Positions 39,881-53,876 of a DNA stretch of 64,000 nt are shown here, one piece after another. The position numbers and the translations under genes are program-made. The notes beneath the pieces were generated by a model. The model saw only the letters and a list, made by a program, of their open reading frames with translations. It ran no database searches and had not been told where the DNA came from. Position 1 is the stretch's first letter, and the number at the start of each line of letters is the position of its first letter. This stretch comes from the human T2T-CHM13v2.0 reference genome, Homo sapiens: the NCBI RefSeq assembly GCF_009914755.1, contig NC_060935.1; one strand, written 5' to 3'.

Positions 39881-42149
39881 CTATACATGTAAAAGGACAA
39901 GACTAGGTCATTCTTCCTTTTCTTCATTATTTTTTTTCTCTCTCCATGATTTTTGCATACATCTTAGGATCTTTCTCTGAGGGATGTTTGGGAATAAATT
40001 TACCACTTCCCTTACTTTTAGTAAACTGTGAAAAAGATCATCATTATCATCATCAACCTTGTCTTCAAGTTAACACAAAGTATTAGTCAACACCTAGTTG
40101 TGTTTCACTTTTATGATTCCATGCCCTTGAGAGATTTCCACTCTCTGAAACAGCCAATATTTGCAGGATCAATATGTAGAGAACAGAAAGAGTAGAATAA
40201 TAATCATCGAATAATACCTACATAAGATTAAAAGTAGTATTCACACTCTACAGGAAGAAACAAAGAAAGAGGAAGGATACTATGCTAGGTTAAGACCTGT
40301 GGTCGGGATGCTGGTGATTGGAGATAAAAAGAAAATTAGCAAGAATTTCTTTTTTGGACAGGGCTAATTTAAGTCTTCTCCTTAGGAAGGAAAATGGATT
40401 TGGGATACTCCTTACATAATAATTATTATTTTCATTCATCTAGGACTTAACATTTTATACCCATTGTCTTATCTTCTCCATGGATTGCAAACCTTGTGCA
40501 AGACCATGTAGCTATTCTGCAGGAAAGCTGGGCCACAAACTGAAATTTCCAGCACGCCAGATTGAGTCATTTGAAGACGAGAAAAAACACAGTGTTTCAT
40601 GAGGAAATTCAGCTACTTCTTAAAAGATCAGCATGTAAGAATCCAAAAATATTGTTGTTGAGGGCAGCTTCTTCAGCAAGCTCTCCTTCCCTGCCTTTTA
40701 CAAACAGAAGTCCTTCTGTATGAAAGATCACAAGGGTAGGCTGCTCATCTCTGCCCATTTGAACAGCACATCCCTTTACTCATGCATTTCTGTTTGCCTC
40801 AGCCATGATGTTCCTGGATTTCACAAAGAGGGAGTTGTTTCTTGCACAGAGCAGTTCTGTGAGTCAGTGTGAAAAGAACTACCTGCCATATCACCTCCCA
40901 CTATCTTAGAGAGGAGAGTCAACTTTGATCAAAGAGAGAGAGGAAGAAATGGTATGTTTTCTCTCTCTTGATTTTCCACCTTATTAATTTCCATTATAGT
41001 TTAACACTGTGGGTCCAAATCTGGGCTTGCAGTGAGGCAATCTGGTTCATGTTTTTGTCCCATTGATGGACACATTGTTTGCTTTGCTGTTAAAGAGATT
41101 TAGTGAAGTCTTTATGGATGCTGAGAAGATTAAAAAGCTTGATTGCAAGATGGTGCCTTCTGGACACAGACACCATTCACAAAGTCTGGTGGTGCTGGTG
41201 GAGTCCCACTTACACCTATAAAAAAAGTCTGAATTCATTTAACTTTCTCTGTAAGTTGTAGAAATCAAACATTCACTTTTTACTTACATAACATGTTTTC
41301 TTCAAGCTTCCTTTAAATTGTTCACTATACTAAATAGAGGGACTTAAAAAAAAAGAATCTTTATCTTTTGCAGCTACTTCAATGTATGAAAGCTTGATTT
41401 CTCTGCTACCCACACAGTTTCCTCTGGGGCTTTAGCCTTACCAGTATTCTATGACTCACTGTGTTACTTTTCATAAATAGATGCTAAATACCATCCCTGA
41501 TTCTACTGGAAATGGCAGATAAAAATATTCAAGGAAAAATTTTAACTAATGCAGTTAGATTTGAACTATGCAAATCTCCATCAATTTCTCACGTCTCCTT
41601 TTTTTCCTCCTTCTCTTTCTCTTTTGTTTTCTGCTCACCAACCTGCTTGTCATAAACAGTGGTTGTCAAGCTCTGTCACATAACTCTGTTCTCTTCATTT
41701 CTCATCCCCCACACTGTACTACATAGCCCTTTTATTGGGAGAAGGAGGAGTCGTATTTGATCCTTCTCTCCCTTTCTCTCTTCTCCTTTATTTGCCCATT
41801 CTAACCCACACTGCATTTGTTCCCCTCTTATTTATTCTCCCCTAGATCAATCAAGTGTCACTATGGCATGCCTGGGTCCATCAAGTGTCGTTATTTGTCC
41901 CAGAAAAAGTTACTTCCTCCTTCCTGAGACCTAGCTGAGTTGTCACCTTCCTTGTTTGCGAAGATTCCTGGGAACCCTTAAGGGGAAGACTCAAGAAAAA
42001 TAAAGATACCCAGGGTAATTCCAAACCAGACTTGAAAGCAGAAACTGAAAGCAGAGAAAACCACTACATTTAAGATGGTGGCTTAACGATAGCAGTGGAA
42101 AAGAAACAGCATGCATTGGGCATAGATATCACATTCTTCCAAGAACTTC

Positions 42150-42675
42150 GTTGGAGGACAGTTTCTCCGTGGGACTCTCACTTTCTGAACATCTTGCAAT
42201 TAGAGACGCTGACTTCTTTTGTTCTGAAATATATTTTCAAGGATTCTGCATGGAAAGTAGCCCTGAAATACACAGAATGTACCTTCTTTGAGGCACTGAC
42301 TTCTTTTGCTTTGAAATATCTTTTTCAAGGATTCTGCATAGAAAGTAGCCTTGAAAGATACAGAATTTACCTCCAGCAACAGGGTAGGCATGCTTACTGT
42401 GCATTGTAATGGATTTCAGTTCCCTGGTTTCAGAGTTCTTCTCTTGTCATGTGGCTCATGTGCAGGTGTCACCTGGCCTTCTTCACATCACCCTGTGGAA
42501 AATGGGGCTCAAGGAACTGCCACAAAAAATTGATACTCTGCCTATTGCTGTCAATCTGAGTAATAAAATTCTTTGTTTCCAACCCAGGAGTTCTGTCAGC
42601 ATCTATGAAACTGTAGCAGGCTAATGTATTAACTTACAAGTAGGATAAAATCTCAACCCTTCACAGTTCCTGATA
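42150..42675 (+). mobile_element. ERVL-class solo LTR (MER76-like; family tentative)
   Basis: Starts 'gttggaggacagtttctccgtggg', AATAAA at about 42562, ends 'cccttcacagttcctgata'; possible TSD ACTTC/ATTTC. Confidence 0.75.
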
Positions 42676-43051
42676 ATTTCCAGACATTATGATTTTTTAT
42701 GCTGTCAGTAGGAATATTAGGTAGATGAAAACTTGGGAGCTAAAATGTCTTCTCTATCAACATTTAGAAATCGTTAAACATACCTCTCCCTCCTCCTCAT
42801 TCCCACCTCCATCTAGTCTAATGTACCTTCTTAACCTCAATAATGAAAGGCTCTAATGGCCCATTTATTCAGTAGAGTGGATTTCTAAAACCCATTTTCA
42901 GATTACAGTTTGTGTGCCAGGATTACATTTGTTTTTATTAATAGAGAAAAGAGTCGAGCAGCTGACTTTTCAATCATTTAATCAACAAATGCATCCAGAG
43001 TACTTTCTTACTACTGTGTTAAGTGCTGCATAAAGCAGCCTCAGTTCCTGA

Positions 43052-43380
<329 letters not shown>

Positions 43381-43389
43381 TTTTTTTTA

Positions 43390-43944
<555 letters not shown>

Positions 43945-44233
43945 TTATCTCTAGTCTATCCCTCTCGCAAACAGAAAGATAACCTCAGGACCCACACTTA
44001 ATACCCTTCTGAATTTTAAAAACCTCTGACCTTCAGGAAACTCAAAGACTAAAGAGTCCAGACCTACCAAGCAAACATCCTTTAGCTACTACTGATTTAT
44101 AGTAATAATAAAATAAAACATTGCTATCTGTCATTTCCAGTTAATTCAATTCATGGTGAAGATTATTTACTGGGGGAAAAAGAGCAGTGAGTCATGGCGA
44201 GGCTTTAAGAGCTGGGAAAGGAGCCATATGAAT

Positions 44234-44250
44234 ACACACACACACACACA
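44234..44250 (+). repeat. (CA)n short microsatellite
   Basis: Directly visible. Confidence 0.9.
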
Positions 44251-47124
44251 TTTTCATGTCAGCTTGAATCATGGCATTTTCTAAACAATGGTGCTTAAAT
44301 GTTAAATCCTAAATGCATTTTACAGTTTAACAAAAACTTTATCACTTATCCTCAATCCTTCTAAGTCTCTGTGTTCCCCCAATTTAGTCCAGAATTTAAC
44401 CTCTGACCCAACATAATACTGACCACTTCAATTTCAACCAAGTCTTCAGAGAGAGATTTAGGAAAACCAGTGCAACTTGTTTATTTGGTGGGGAGGGGAT
44501 AAGTGCGAAAACTTACTGGATTATATTCCCAGGGTCCTCAGCAACCACCCATTAAGGCGCTGAAAAGTTTATAGAATAGTCCCAAGTCTTGCATTCTTTC
44601 TATGGGGGTGGGGGAGCCCCAAAAGATGTTCTGTTTCCTGTGACCTACCGCACCATTCACAGATGGTTTTTTAGCAATACTGCCTGTTTTCTCTGTGTTG
44701 GTTTCTCTTTAGAAGAAGGGCTACCAACATTCAGCAGATAGACAATGACACAGGCTGCACTGCTTGCTCTCTTGGCCTCATTCTCACCCTAATATGAGAA
44801 AAGACCTTGTCCCAGGTTTGCATAACTGTGAAACTGCATGTTTTAGGCAAAAACAAAAATGGTTATTCTATGCACACCAAAAAGATGGAGGAAGATGCCT
44901 AAGTTGACGGCATTTTCACAATGGAAAGACTTTTAGGTAGTTATTGAGTTGGAATTTGTTCTCTTCTCAATTAAAAGCTAGAGTTATTTATATAACTACT
45001 CACACTGCCTCCACTGAATGAGAGAGCTGAAAAAAATGAAGTGAAGCACAGGAAAGAGTTAAGTCATTCCTAGGTGACCAGTGCTGTGAGCTGACTGAAA
45101 AAAAGAAAATCTCTAAAAGTTCTAGCATGACACAGATCCAGGCAGTTGTGCTTAGAAGAAGAGTAATGAGAACTAAAGAGATACAGCTGATAGAAACTCA
45201 TGTTAAGGCGTAAACTCGAAGCAATTGCAGATAGAAAGCCTGAGACTTCTCAAGTAGTTTAAGTGCTCCGATTCAAGAAGTAACCATTCCAATAGAAACC
45301 TATGGGGAATGTGGAATAGTGTCACATAAAAGATAATAAAATCACATACTAGAATTAGATGAAAAGGTGGGGGGGAAGTAAAGATCTATACATGGGCCAG
45401 GCAGAGACATTTCCTTTAGGTATCCCTGGATAAACCTTTTATCAGTTCTGTAATAACTTAAGATATGAAATACTGCAATTGCTTGACTATATATTATTTG
45501 CAGGAGTGGTGGTGGTGTATGTGTGTGTGTTTGTATTTGCTCGTTAAGTACATAGTTGAACCTAGTATATTCCTTGGTTATGGGTTTAATTATTCTCCTT
45601 CATTTGTGTAACACCTCATATAAATCCCCCAGTAAGAAAATATCTTGATGGATAATTATCTGGACTGGATCTGCCCAGTGGAAAATCACAACCAAGGTTC
45701 TGGTGATCAGGGTAAGCAAATATTAGAAACAGCCCTTCCAGAATGTTGCTTTAGCAGGATTATTCCTATTTGAATATGCCCTACTATATACTGGAAGGCA
45801 CCAGGCTGCAGAAGAAGGGTCCCAGGAGATTTTGTTGCAGTATGTAACTCTCCTCATAGAGGGTGTGATTTGACAGAACTAAATGGCCTCCCCACCCCCA
45901 AATCACCTCCTTCATCAGGCTACCATGTGCCTGAAATTCTTCGCTCCCTTTTTTAAAGTGCAATTAGAGGGAAAGGGGTGATTACAAATTTAGTCATTAG
46001 CTTCTACTCAAACACTGATCAGGACATTTCTTCAGATTAACTACCAGGGGATCTTGAATATAGTGAACATATTTTACAAATCTAAAACTGGGTCAAGTGG
46101 TTGGACAAGTAAAAATGTAACTATGAACTTTTAAAATTTTTGAATTTATAACAGTACCAGAAGAACTGACATATTAATTTCTCATAGGCATGGAAAAGTG
46201 TTATTCTAATGGAGAGGAGAGGGAGGAAAGGCAATGGATCCAGGTGGAATGGAATAGTTCAGGGCCATTATTGCAAGAGAACATCATGGAATTCACAGAG
46301 GAATGGGAAGATAGGAAAGGACAGGGAAACAGCTGCTTCTGAAAAACAAAATGTCACAGGGCTGCCCTAGGTGACCCTAATGTTTCCATTTAGCCCTGAA
46401 TATTTTTACTGCATTCTTCACGGGGGAAAAAAAAAAGTAAAGGAAAAGTAAACAAAGATAAAATATCCTACGCCCTTGAACATAAAATAAGGAGAAAGTG
46501 GATGTTCAATCCAACACTTCCTGAGTTTATACTCTGTGTCAACCCCTAAGCCAGGTGCTATCCCTTCACTGGGCCAAGGACCAGGCTATTGGGCATGTGT
46601 TACCATAGTGACACGCTACTGAGAACAACCTCATGCCCCACTTATACTGAGTCTTCTAAATATTCCCAAGGTTCCTCTCAAGCAGAAATAGATTTTTCTT
46701 CACACTTCTAAGAAAGGACTGTATTTATTTGTTTATGTATTACCATAAAGTTTAGCAATATGATGCAAAAACTAAGTGCTAGGAAAGAAAATATACTTTC
46801 ATCGGGCATGCCAGGTGTTTTTGTCTGAAAGACTAGCATCTTACCTGACATCTGAGCAGAATATGAAGAGCTCTTAATCAAGTTTTCAATTTCATTTGCC
46901 AAGATAAGCTTGCATAATGTCTTTAGGACACAAATTTCCCAGCCTTCACTCCTCAAAACATCATGAAAGAGCTAAATAAAGTGAAAGTGGCAAGTGATAC
47001 AGGAACTGAGGTATGTCAATTCCTTTAATGGGCTGGGAAGCTCCTGATTTCGAATTTAAGAAAGATACAGCCGCAGTCCGGCCTTGCCTAGAAAGGCATT
47101 GCTGGCAGCTCCCGCCCTGGTTAG

Positions 47125-47143
47125 AGAGCGCCCCCTACTGTTT
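47125..47143 (-). promoter_or_regulatory. CTCF binding motif
   Basis: Minus strand reads ACAGTAGGGGGCGCT, one mismatch from the CCASYAGRKGGCRS core. It lies in apparently non-repeat sequence with locally retained CpGs. Confidence 0.75.
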
Positions 47144-47429
47144 CTCCTCTTTGTCGGCTCCAAGCATGCCAACACCCAGGCCGACTCACAGTTACAAAGC
47201 ACCAATTGGACAAGTGTATCCTGGACTGTGAAATAAATTGAGAGGAAGAAAGCGCCAGCCTTGGAGCTGGGCAGAGAGGATCATATTGGAGGTTTGGAAG
47301 GAGAATTTCGGATTTCTCCTCACCACCCAGACCCCTGGTCCTAGGATGCCTTCCAGGAAGATCAGACATGGCTTGATTTAAGAGCAGAAGAATCTATCAC
47401 CCGAATTTCTTTACCTCCTGTCACACATA

Positions 47430-47570
47430 GAAGTAAGAACAAGAGACAATCAGAAGGAAGTAAAGAACAAGCCAGAGAGACAGAGCAAAGGAGAACCAAG
47501 AGAAAGAACCCCAAAGGAAAAGAAGTGGAGAGAAGAACAGAAAAGGAGTCAGGCAGAAAATAATAGAATA
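47430..47570 (+). repeat. A/G-rich low-complexity tract
   Basis: About 140 nt of strongly purine-skewed sequence with few T. Confidence 0.7.
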
Positions 47571-48502
47571 GTCTTTATTTCCTTTTCACTCCCTCCTCTT
47601 TTTAAAACAATGTTTCTAATGAGCATCTAGTTTCATCTGAAAGTTTTTGAGCGCACTTGTTTACCTTTGCTACAATTTTCAGAGTTTAGCACTTTTGCGG
47701 GCTGGGTGTTGGGAGCTGAGGCTCAACTGTCATTGTTCATTTCTGCTGTGATTTTGCACTGATATTTGTATGTCATCATTTAGTCGTTTTGTTGTTTGTT
47801 TTTGCCATCAGCTTGTGTTTGTTGCAAGGCAGTTCTGCTGCTGTCTGTCCTCCGCTTCTGGATCCATGTCACTGCTCACACTGCCTCATTGACATCTTTC
47901 CAAGACTACATATCAGGACCCAAGCCTAAACAGGTTTCCCTCCCTCTGGAGAAGCACTGTGAGGTGGTGAAGTCCGGCCCCTCCAAGTGATTCTTGAAAG
48001 GGGCAGGTAACAAAAAATTATTGAGGGTGTTGGGGAACAGAACCATCATAGGTTTTCTTGTTTAATATACCTAATAAAATATGGAATTGAGAGGGACTAA
48101 AGTATTGTCCAAAGTCAAACAGCTTGTAAGTAACAGGATTTGAACCTGTGGATCCCAAAGTTCATTCTTTTCCCTACATTACACTGCCCCAGAGCTCTTG
48201 TAGCCCTGCCAATCTAGGCTCACTCCAAGAGAAATATTCCCCACTTGCAAGAGTTCATAGAACTGTCCACACTACTGAAATTGTTATGTCTCTGGGTTTT
48301 CCTTTTAATAGGCACACGTACTCAAATTTGCATAATGTAAATGTAGACAGAGTGTAACTACCATGTAAGCACAACTACCATATAAGTGTTATGAGTGATC
48401 CTTTGGAAACAAGCCTAAAAAATCCTGAAATCATATGAAAACAGACACTTTTTATTCTCCTGGGAAGCAGATGACATCATTTTTTATGCAAAGTACACTA
48501 AG

Positions 48503-48718
48503 ACAGTAGAGTGCTGGTGAGGTGCTGATAACGCAGCTCTCTGTCGGGAATACGGGAGCCCTAACTTCCAGTGTTTGCTGATTTCTGTGGTGTAAATATT
48601 TCCACCATGGCAAAATATAAGCTACTAATATGACATCACTGAATGCAGAACTGGGGAAAATTGTGCTTAGTTAGCTCTTGTGAGCCCACACAAGCTGGCA
48701 CCGGCATACAACAGCACT
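48503..48718. mobile_element. MER63A-like hAT-Blackjack MITE
   Basis: 'cagtagagtgctggt...gtttgctgatttctgtggtgtaaatatttccaccatggc...aagctac...tgacatcactgaatgcagaactgggg'. Confidence 0.85.
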
Positions 48719-48809
48719 AAGGGCCGCGCACCCATCACTGGAATTAGACTGCACGTGCACATCAAGGAAGAGAGCCTGTAGCAAGTACCATGACAAGCAG
48801 GATAGGGTG

Positions 48810-49020
48810 AAGTGTGTCAGTTCTGGAGCCCAACTGCATGTAGGTTTCAAAGCCCAGCTTTGCCATTACTAACTGGGAACTTGTGCAAATTTTTAAAATA
48901 TTCTGTGTTGCATTCGTATATAAAATGAGGATAGTAATAGTATTTACTTTATAACATTGTTGCAAGAATTAAATGAACTGATGCATGAATAGGGTTTAAA
49001 AAGTATTACCTACTGTTATA
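48810..49020 (+). mobile_element. MIR
   Basis: 'tctggagccc...tttcaaagcccagctttgccattact', 'taaaatgaggatagtaatagta', 'gaattaaatga'. Confidence 0.8.
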
Positions 49021-49749
49021 TTTTATGTGTTTAGGAGTATCTTACCCTACTAAAGATCATCTTGGCAATACCTCAAATAAAGTACAAGAAGAATAAGAAT
49101 GATTGTCACTGTGGACTTCACAATTTCAGTGCTGAACATCAGTGAGAGTGATGGGAGTACTTTCAATCCCTAAGAATAGTTGCTTCTTCAGGCTCAGACA
49201 CTCAGCTACTCTATGTGCAACCCCCTGCCACCTCCCGCTGTTGCAGAAAAAGCCATGGCAGCTTTTCAACCAAGATTCTTAAGACAGGAGAAAAGTTCCA
49301 CCCTTAGGTAGACAGCAGGGAACCATACAATAGCTGGATCTACTCGGCACTGAATTGTTTGGAATAAAGAAGATTAAAACACTTTTATGAATGTATGTTC
49401 TTCAGTATCTTTTAATTTCTGTTCTTATTATTTTTAAAAAATCTATAAAGGTCTTACTCAGAAAAGTGAGGCCTTCTTAATTCTGGCAGACACTAAGACA
49501 TACAGTCCTATTCAGAGAGAAAAAAAAAAGCAATGAGTTAACTAGACATATGACAGAATGAATCAATCTTTCTTTTGCTTTTCATGTCTACTTTTTGAAA
49601 ATGCACATGATTATCTTTTCCATTCTGGGTCTATTCCTAATAAATTACATTTTATATTTTATTACCTCCTGCTTGAAATATTATAATAGCCATCAAAAAT
49701 AATGTCCAGATTACAGTTTTGTTCATAAGTTATTTTATTTTATTTTTCT

Positions 49750-50100
49750 GTCTAACACAAGCCAGGCACTGCTTAGGACATGGTGGGGTTGGGGGGTAGG
49801 GGTTTGTCCAGCGGTAAAGAGTTGGATATGATTACTGTCCTGAAGGAGCTCACATTGTATTAAGGGAGAGAAACAGTAACAAAATCAACAAATACATGAA
49901 TATGATAATTTTGGATTGTGGTCATTTGTATGAAGGAAATAAAGAAAGCGATATGGTAGAAAGGAGGCATCAAGGAGGATCTTTTAGGTGAGGTCTCATT
50001 TGAGCTGTGAGAAGGAACCAGCCATTTGAAGAGCAAGGAGAAGCATGATCTAGCCGGAGAACTGCAGGATGAAAAGCCATAGGCAGGGAAGAGCTTAGCA
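49750..50100 (-). mobile_element. L2 fragment
   Basis: 'gccaggcactgcttagg', 'ctgtcctgaaggagctcaca', 'catttgagctg...gaaggaaccagcca'. Confidence 0.7.
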
Positions 50101-50859
50101 TGTTACCAGAGCACATTCCTCCTCTTCCATGCCTTCTTTCAGTACCTATTACCCACTCCCTGCTTTATCTTCCTAAAATGTCCTTTAACAGTATCTTTTC
50201 TTTTAAAAAGCTGCAATGGCTTCACAATTCCTAGCAATTCAAATTCTTTGCCATGACCTTTGAAGCCCAGAACACTCTACCCCCTCCCACTTTCTGGGCT
50301 TTATCTCCCACTAATCCTCTGTACAAAGCCTGCACCAAGTTGGATTCCTCACCATCTCCTATATTGTTTCTCACAGTTTTGCTCATTCCATTTCCATTGG
50401 CTTGGCTTCATGACTTAGCCAGAACCCACATATCTTTCAGGGACTAGTTAAAAATGTTTTTATCTCTCCGGCATGCTTTCTTTTGAGTCTTTACAATGCT
50501 TCATATCGCTCGTGGTCAATACCAATAACTCATCAATTAAACTACCTAGTTGTTTAATTGTAAGTTTATTTATTTATTTCTCTTGTAAGTTTTATTATTT
50601 CATTCATGCCTGGTTCTCTAAGTAGTCGCATGCTTTGGGGGTAACATCCCCAGCAGATTTTTAAGCTCCTGGAGGGCAAGTAGTGATAGCTGATGTTTAT
50701 TCATATCACACAGCACCAAGAACAAGGCCTTGGGCCTAATACGCCTTTCTCTTGATCTAATCATTTCTTCTCCATGACTTCTCTCATTGCATTTTGCATA
50801 ATTCCTGAGAGGAACTTATCTCTATAAGAGAGCTCTGAATTCAGTTGTTAATCACGTAT

Positions 50860-51160
50860 CCTGTATGCTTTTAGCCTCACTAAACAGTGGACATTTGCTC
50901 TCCAAATGGCTGGTTCCTTCTCATAGCTCAAATAAGACCTCACCCAAGAGAATCTTATTGATGTCTCCTTTCTACCGTATCACCCTCTTTATTTCCTTCA
51001 TACAAATGACCACAATCCAAAATTATCATATTTGTTTCTTTGTTGATTTGGTTATTGCTTCTCTCCCTTAATACATTGTGAGCTCCTTCAGGGTAAGAAT
51101 CATATCCAAATGTTTACCACTGGATCCCCCACATGCCTTATGCAGTGCCTGGCCTGATGG
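50860..51160 (+). mobile_element. L2 3' fragment
   Basis: 'ttgtgagctccttcagggtaagaatc...cactggatcccc...cagtgcctggc'. Confidence 0.7.
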
Positions 51161-51379
51161 AGTGAGTATAGGCAAAAGTGGGAAGAGCTGATGCACAGGA
51201 ATTGTCTTATTTGTTTCTGGAGGTTCCTCACCATTAATAACCCTGAGCTTAATTTCAATTACCCAGCCATATTATGGAAATTCTGGAATTCCTTGTTTTC
51301 ATTAATGTTTAGCAACAGGTTAATGAATATCGCCAGATATAAAACATACATAAAATTTTAAGATCATAAATTTTATAGA

Positions 51380-51570
51380 AAGAGAGAACAGAGTTCAATT
51401 CCCACTCCACCATTTATATCCCATGTAACCTTAGTCATGCTCCTGGTATTATTGAACTTGTTTCTTCAACTGCAAAGTCAAGATAACATTCACCTAATGG
51501 AATTTTGTGAGGATTAAGCGAGTAACATGTGTAAAACACTTATCGCAGTGCCAAGTAGTAAGGGTAATTG
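51380..51570 (+). mobile_element. MIR
   Basis: 'ttgtgaggattaagcgagtaacatgtgtaaaacacttatcgcagtgcc'. Confidence 0.75.
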
Positions 51571-52660
51571 GTAGTCGCATTTAGATTCACAAAGCCAAGC
51601 AGGGAGCTGGCCCACAAGAAGGGCTCAATATATAAACGCATGTTAAAAGAAAATAGAATAGACAAGAATAGCTCCATCCTATCCCAGACCCCATAAACAG
51701 ACCTAGTCTGACTAAGCAATGGATGTTAGGAATATGTAAATGTTCATCTTTAGGCCTCAGTCTTCAATGTCCAGCAGTTGTCCAAACAGTACACTTATGA
51801 TAACCTGCTCTTCGTGTTCTCACCTTCTCTGGCTTTTTCCTAAACTCTTCTCCCAGTTTCCTCTTCTGGCCTCTTCTGCTTCGATTAACCAGTGGGACAT
51901 CTCCCTCTGGTTTGACGCTTGTGCTCCTAGACCCAGTGGAACAGTCAGTCATATTCTGGGTCCACACACTTTTGACTCTGGGTAAAGGTTGTTCCCATTG
52001 TGTCCAGGGAAGCCCTTCTGATCTCACCGAGAGAGAGAGATGGGCCATACTCATTCAAATGAGTTAACTAGCTAAGAAAAGCAAAAATATCAGTTATCAA
52101 TTTTGAGAGATAAATACATATTCAATTTTGTAATCATATTTTTATTGGTTGCTGGAAAATAAAGTATTCCACATTTTAATGTTGCACATTAGCCTGTCCA
52201 CTGTTAGAGGCTAATGTTAACTATTGTTAAATTTTGAATGCAACCCATAATACACATCCTACAAATGTGATATGCCAAAACCTCTTGCAATGGAATGATT
52301 ATTACACACATATGAAGGACCAAAAGGTGTGAAATTGTCAAAGCTTGTCCTTGGTTTCTTTTAACACCATTCCTTAGGAAACTGTTTCTGAGATTCATTG
52401 CTTTCCCTATTATTCTGCATTCAGCCAGTTGTCAATGAATATCCCTCAGGTGTGGACTGACATTGCCTTAAGGTGTTTTAAGTGCAAAAAAAGTCTAAGG
52501 CTTAAAATACAATACCTCCCAATGGTATTTACACTTTTATATGGGACTATTGAAAGAAAGCCCCTAAAGAATGACTCTCTCAGGGTAAGATTCAGATATC
52601 TTGAAAAAGGTTGAAAATTACACCTGTCTCTGAAATTACATCATTTGTGGGCTCACTTAC

Positions 52661-52915
52661 TCCATCCTCCACGAAGGTTAGAGCCCAGACAAAGCAGACA
52701 GTAAGCAATAGAACGATTGAGGTGAGTATGTAAAATATGTAGCTCTCTTCTTTCACATGACCTCTGAGGTTAGAAGCAGAGTCATCGGCTCGCAGCTGCT
52801 CCAAGAAAGTTTTAGAACAATCAAGGCCAGCTGTGAAAAATCCGCTCATGGTTTGGCTTCCAACAGACAGCAGCTTTTCTGTGAAAAGTAACAGCTCCTT
52901 TTCCTTAGCTAAAAC
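52661..52915 (-). other. Candidate 255-nt in-frame exon encoding a hydrophobic segment (unvalidated)
   Basis: Acceptor acttttcag|G, donor GGA|GTAAGT, 85 open codons, internal ATG in ACCATGA context. Confidence 0.3.
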
Positions 52916-53876
52916 CTGAAAAGTCTGTGCTCTCTGTAAAATCCAAATTGGCCAATGAGTTTGAAAGAATATTGATACTGAAACCACCAACACAGAGAAA
53001 GCAGAAATGTCCCTTTTAGCAGCAATGTGGCACATAAAGACTGGACGTAAAGGTATATAATTCAGCATACTTATTATTTCCAGAGGGCTAAGGGCACTTA
53101 AGTTCAGTAAGCTCCATGGTCCTAATAGCCTAATATTGTGTATTTCTCATGCCTGATTCAAAATCACAAAACTCACCAGCTCATTTTGTTACTGAGAAAA
53201 AACGAGTTATGACTTAGAAGGGACCATGAAGGAAAACTAAGGCAACCTGTATAAAGCACAACAGAATATTAAGTGTGCATGTCACTTGGCTGGGACACCA
53301 GAGTATCACAGGCAAAGGGGTAGAGTTGTGGTGGATGCTGAAAATGGCTGGGTAGAGACCCTCAAGGGAGACTAGAGATAACTGTGGCTAGAAGACAAAA
53401 AGACCTGTGGGTAGGAGGTAGTGAAAGTGATTAAATCCTCCTCCTGAAGCATATTAGGGAGCAGTTGAGTCATGGGTATCAGAATGAGCCCAAGCAAAAT
53501 GGTTCCTGTAATATTAAGCCATTACAGGCAAGCAAGGTCAAGGACGCTCACAAGAGGAGAAATACAGAGATGTGACAGAGAGATTTCCAGCTTCACATAG
53601 TAACGCCCGAATTGATGTTTTATCCTAATTAAAGCTTAATATAACTCTGTGGTAAGAGTTTCTTGCCCCATATATTCTGAGATATACTTCTGAACAAAGG
53701 AAATGTGCCGACTGAGAAATATTCCATGAAACTAATTGCTTGATAAATGTGTGCAAAAACACATAACACAGAGATATTAAACAGGAAAGCTGGGAGAAGT
53801 TCTGTGCTAAAGTCAATAGAATAAAATCAAACCAAAATGGTAGAGTGTGGGATAATGCAAAGAATGTCAATTATAC

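Noticed and set aside
49783-49802. G-rich run as a G-quadruplex
   Set aside because: Only three separable G3+ runs.
52785-52850. Peptide start MSGFFT resembles the SLC7A14 N-terminus
   Set aside because: Similarity stops after six residues, so no gene symbol was assigned.
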